In this document: piece after piece, positions 60,098 to 64,000 of the stretch
Layout of the letters: each line of letters starts with the position of its first letter
Numbering within the stretch: the stretch's first letter is position 1
NCBI GenBank assembly: GCA_020137815.1
Contig: CM035353.1
Coordinates: 4,092,001-4,156,000, forward strand
DNA: 64,000 bases
Reading direction: 5' to 3'
DNA from: Hormiphora californensis
Lineage: Eukaryota; Animalia; Ctenophora
Made by a program: the position numbers and the translations under genes
The notes under the pieces: generated by a model
What the model was told of the DNA's origin: nothing
What the model saw: the letters and a program-made list of their open reading frames with translations, nothing else
Database searches by the model: none

Positions 60098-60948
60098 GTA
60101 CATTGTCATAGAGGCACGTTATAGAGGCACGTCATAGAGGCACGTTATAGTAAGAGGCACGTCATTATATTAGTGACTGTAAAGGTGACGAAAGAAGCTG
60201 AAATCTTGTGACCAGCCTAATTTTGATTCGATTTGGTTCATAATGCACAATTAGTATATAATATCACGTCATTATCTGTTTAACTTGTTGCAAGCTTATT
60301 TAGCGTGAGAGAATTTCCATGGTTTAGACCTTTATTAAACCATATGCTTTATGTTTAAATATTATAATAATAATAAATCCAATGCCTGTCTATGTCTGTT
60401 GATTTGTCTGTTTCTTGAAATACAGTCTCGGGGGAAAAAAAACCACACAACGGAAAATAAAAAGAGGGAACGGGGCCGGGGGAAGGGGCGGGGGGGGGGG
60501 TGCCACTAAATCGGGTTCAAAATAAGGTTTACTTTCCTATATAGGGGGAAAAATCCTGCCACTAAATCGGGGTGCGCCCCGTAACCAAATCATCAAACCT
60601 GGCGGGTGGGAGTGGGGGGGAGGGGGGGGTGGTGCCACTAAATCGGTTGCAAATAATGTTAATTCCTATATCGGGGAAAAAAAATCCTGCCACTAAATCG
60701 GGGTGCCACTAAATCGGGGGCCACTAAATCGGGGTCCGACTGTAATATCTTGAAATAATATCTGTCGAGTCTGAAGGGGTTTTCAAAATTTGCCTGTTTA
60801 TGTGTTCAGCTAATTAATCCATTTAGCAAAAACAAAAACAAAACAAAAAATGGTTGGAGTTAGAGGTCTTGATTGGTCGTATTCGATCGGGCTCGATATG
60901 AGCTGGTCTAAACTGTGTAGGGTTAGATCGATTCCCCAAACCGTTCAG

Positions 60949-63618
60949 CAGGAAACGACCGAACCGGGTTTTTTTCCACCGAACCGAACCGAACCGAATT
61001 TGAAAAACTTTTTTACCGAACCGAACCGAACCGAACCGAACCGAATTTCGGTAACCGAACCGAACCGAACCATACAAAACTTTTTCTTTATAAATGTTTC
61101 TCTAAAAAGTCATGGAGAGCACCGATCAAGGTATTGAGAATCATTCTCTGAAATTTTGTTAAAAAATGTTTGAAAAAATTTCAAAGTCAATTTTATCGTA
61201 AATTTTCTATGTCAATTTTTGCGTACGAATCGTGTTTCGAATCGGCAATGCTATACGGGAATGGTATTGCTAATTAGCAGGATTAAACGAACCATGAATC
61301 GTGTCTCTCTAAATTTCCTAATTAGATTTGATGGGGGATCACGTATCAGCACAATCCATCTCGGACCCACTAATTACCAACATCACTCCCGTTTAGCATT
61401 GTCGATTAGAAACACGATTCGTATACCATAATTTACTTAAAATATTTTTCACAAAAAAAAATTCACAAAATTTCAGGTAATGATTCTCAATACCTTGATC
61501 GATGCTCTCCATGAATTTTTAGAGAAACATTTAATTTTGTGAAAAAACTTTGTAAAATATTTCAAAGTCAATTTCGGAAGAAAAAATCTATGTCAATTTT
61601 GCCGTACGAATCGTGTTGCGAATCGGTGATGCTATGCGGCAGTGCTCTCGCTAATTAGCAGGATTTATTGAAACATGAACCGTTTCCCCTAAACTTCCTA
61701 ATTAGATTTGATGGGGGATCACGTATCAGCATAATCCATCTCGGACCCACTAATTAGCAACATCACTCCCGCTTAGCAATACCGATTCGAAACACGATTC
61801 GTACGCAAAAATTGACATAGAAAATTTTCCATAAAATTGACTTTGAAATATTTTCCAAACTTTTTTACAAAATTTCAGAGAATGATTCTTAACACCTTGA
61901 TCGGTGCCTCCATGAATTTTTTGAAAAAAAAAGTTTCTGAATTTGTTGACCCTCTCATGAGGACACGATTCGACGAGAAGTCAGGTATCAAATCAATCCA
62001 TATCGAACCCGCTAACTAGCGAAATCATTTCCACACACGGCGTGCCTGGTGAAATTTTAACACGACCTAGCATGCAACGGGAAACCACCACTTGTACGTG
62101 GTAGCTGAGGGTCTACAGAATGGCGCTACGGTGCGGGAAAAAAAAGTCCATGCCCTAAAATCGTTTTTTTTACTTTTATTTGATTTGGGTCAAAATTGGC
62201 TATATTAAACGTGGTCCCGAAAAATCCATAATGACTTAGCACACGAAATATGTCACCCCTACGTATTTTTGCACGTAGAATCGATTGCCGTTGAAGTCGA
62301 ATCTCTAAAATGACTGTAAAATGGTCAAAAGTTGATTTTTTACCATTTTTTGGAGGTTTTTGGCCCCTAAACCATTGAAAACGTTGAGATAGGAATTTGA
62401 AACTAGTGCCAATCGTTAAAATGGTCATTTTTCTACCAAGAACCAAGTTTTCGTGTATATCCGATTTATGGTTAGATTTGGGCAAATTGTTGAAATCTGC
62501 CAACTAGGAGAACCGTAACTTGATTTTCTTGTTTTTTGGATTTTGGCATTTTTGACAAACTTCTGATTGAAATGGTCAATCGGGACCATGCTTAAGTTGT
62601 TTATGGGACAATTTTCGACTAAAATCCAAGATTTCATACCAATCCAATAACAGATCGTTGATTTATAGAAAATTTAAGTAGGCAAAACGGTCAAAATGAC
62701 AACTTTTCTTGCTTATTTTGACCGTTTTGCCTACTTAAATTTTCTATAAATCAACGATCTGTTATTGGATTGGTATGAAATCTTGGATTTTAGTCGAAAA
62801 TTGTCCCATAAACAACTTAAGCATGGTCCCGATTGACCATTTCAATCAGAAGTTTGTCAAAAATGCCAAAATCCAAAAAACAAGAAAATCAAGTTACGGT
62901 TCTCCTAGTTGGCAGATTTCAACAATTTGCCCAAATCTAACCATAAATCGGATATACACGAAAACTTGGTTCTTGGTAGAAAAATGACCATTTTAACGAT
63001 TGGCACTAGTTTCAAATTCCTATCTCAACGTTTTCAATGGTTTAGGGGCCAAAAACCTCCAAAAAATGGTAAAAAATCAACTTTTGACCATTTTACAGTC
63101 ATTTTAGAGATTCGACTTCAACGGCAATCGATTCTACGTGCACAAATACGTAGGGGTGACATATTTCGTGTGCTAAGTCATTATGGATTTTTCGGGACCA
63201 CGTTTAATATAGCCAATTTTGACCCAAATCAAATAAAAGTAAAAAAAAACGATTTTAGGGCATGGACTTTTTTTTCCCGCACCGTAGCGCCATTCTGTAG
63301 ACCCTCAGCTACCACGTACAAGTGGTGGTTTCCCGTTGCATGCTAGGTCGTGTTAAAATTTCACCAGGCACGCCGTGCACATAGCACCACCGATTCGAAA
63401 TAGGGTTAATACGGCGAAATTGACATTGAAATCCATACAATTTTCGTGAAATAATTGAAAAATTTTGCATGAAAAAGCCCGATTTCTGGGCATTTTTTGA
63501 CCAAAAAATTCGGTGGTTCGGCCAAAATTTCCTACCGAACCGAACCGAACCGAACCGCCCAAAAAACACCGAATTTCCGAACCGAACCGAACCGAACCGA
63601 ATATTCGGTCGCTTCCTG
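60949..63618. mobile_element. 2.7-kb non-autonomous hAT element with (CCGAA)n subterminal arrays
   Basis: CAGGAAACGACCGAA ... TTCGGTCGCTTCCTG; 8-bp TSD CCGTTCAG at 60941-60948 and 63619-63626; TIR related to the two 110-bp MITEs. Confidence 0.88.
62036..63377. mobile_element. Foldback element with CAC...GTG ends and 4-bp TSD (Chapaev/CMC-like), nested in the hAT element
   Basis: CACA|CACGGCGTGCCTGGTGAAATT ... AATTTCACCAGGCACGCCGTG|CACA; near-perfect arms of about 660 bp with a spacer of about 17 bp. Confidence 0.85.
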
Positions 63619-63873
63619 CCGTTCAGGAAATATTTGCCATTTTCCGTTTTGGCGGGAAAACATTTCGGCGTGCCACTGCACCCAGCAATCAACATAAATT
63701 GTAGTTAGTAATTGTGGAGTGGGGTGCCATGCCTGTAGATGTAAGCAATACTTTTTAAAACTTTTGCTGAAAAATGGGTAAGCGGATCTGTAATTTTGGG
63801 TTATCTCGTTACGAACTCCCTCTCTCTCTCTCTCTCTGATATCCCCCATATATATATATTGAGGGAAGTAATT

Positions 63874-64000
63874 TTGATATCTCCTTCTGGTGATCAACAC
63901 ACACACACGCCCTCTGTACAACAGTTTAATGGGGAATCTGTACATTAAACTGTTGTACAGAGGGCGTGTGTGTGTGTTGATCACCAGAAGGAGATATCAA
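63874..64000. repeat. Perfect inverted repeat (at least 58-bp arms, 11-nt loop) running off the window edge
   Basis: 63874-63931 is the exact reverse complement of 63943-64000. Confidence 0.9.

Overview
Eukaryotic genomic DNA, most likely a ctenophore: a 36-nt stretch at 47631-47666 matches, as I recall it, the ctenophore trans-spliced leader, and the gene content fits. Six host genes can be reconstructed by hand from GT-AG exons: the 5' part of HERC1 (minus strand, runs off the left edge), NF-YA (plus, head-to-head with HERC1), glutamine synthetase (minus), an intronless rhodopsin-class GPCR, an LDLa-repeat GPCR with one frameshift, and an Eph receptor tyrosine kinase (plus, runs off the right edge). 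Introns and intergenic DNA are packed with non-autonomous DNA transposons (three 1-1.3 kb near-perfect foldbacks; hAT, Kolobok, MULE-like and TA-target MITEs, several nested), retroelement fragments (R1/Loa-type LINE, Penelope-like, CRE-like) and minisatellites. Main observations: (1) a retroposed, spliced-leader-capped, ORF1-only unit with a (TAAA)n tail and a target-site duplication; (2) tandem arrays that copy the splice site itself at multiple junctions in four genes; (3) a minimal hammerhead ribozyme behind a Penelope-like GIY-YIG ORF; (4) an R1/Loa-type LINE inserted in an 18-bp minisatellite; (5) a direct pair of 13+6+13 palindromes resembling recombinase sites. Several single-base frameshifts and garbled stretches suggest an imperfectly polished assembly. 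All family assignments come from motif recognition, not from database searches.
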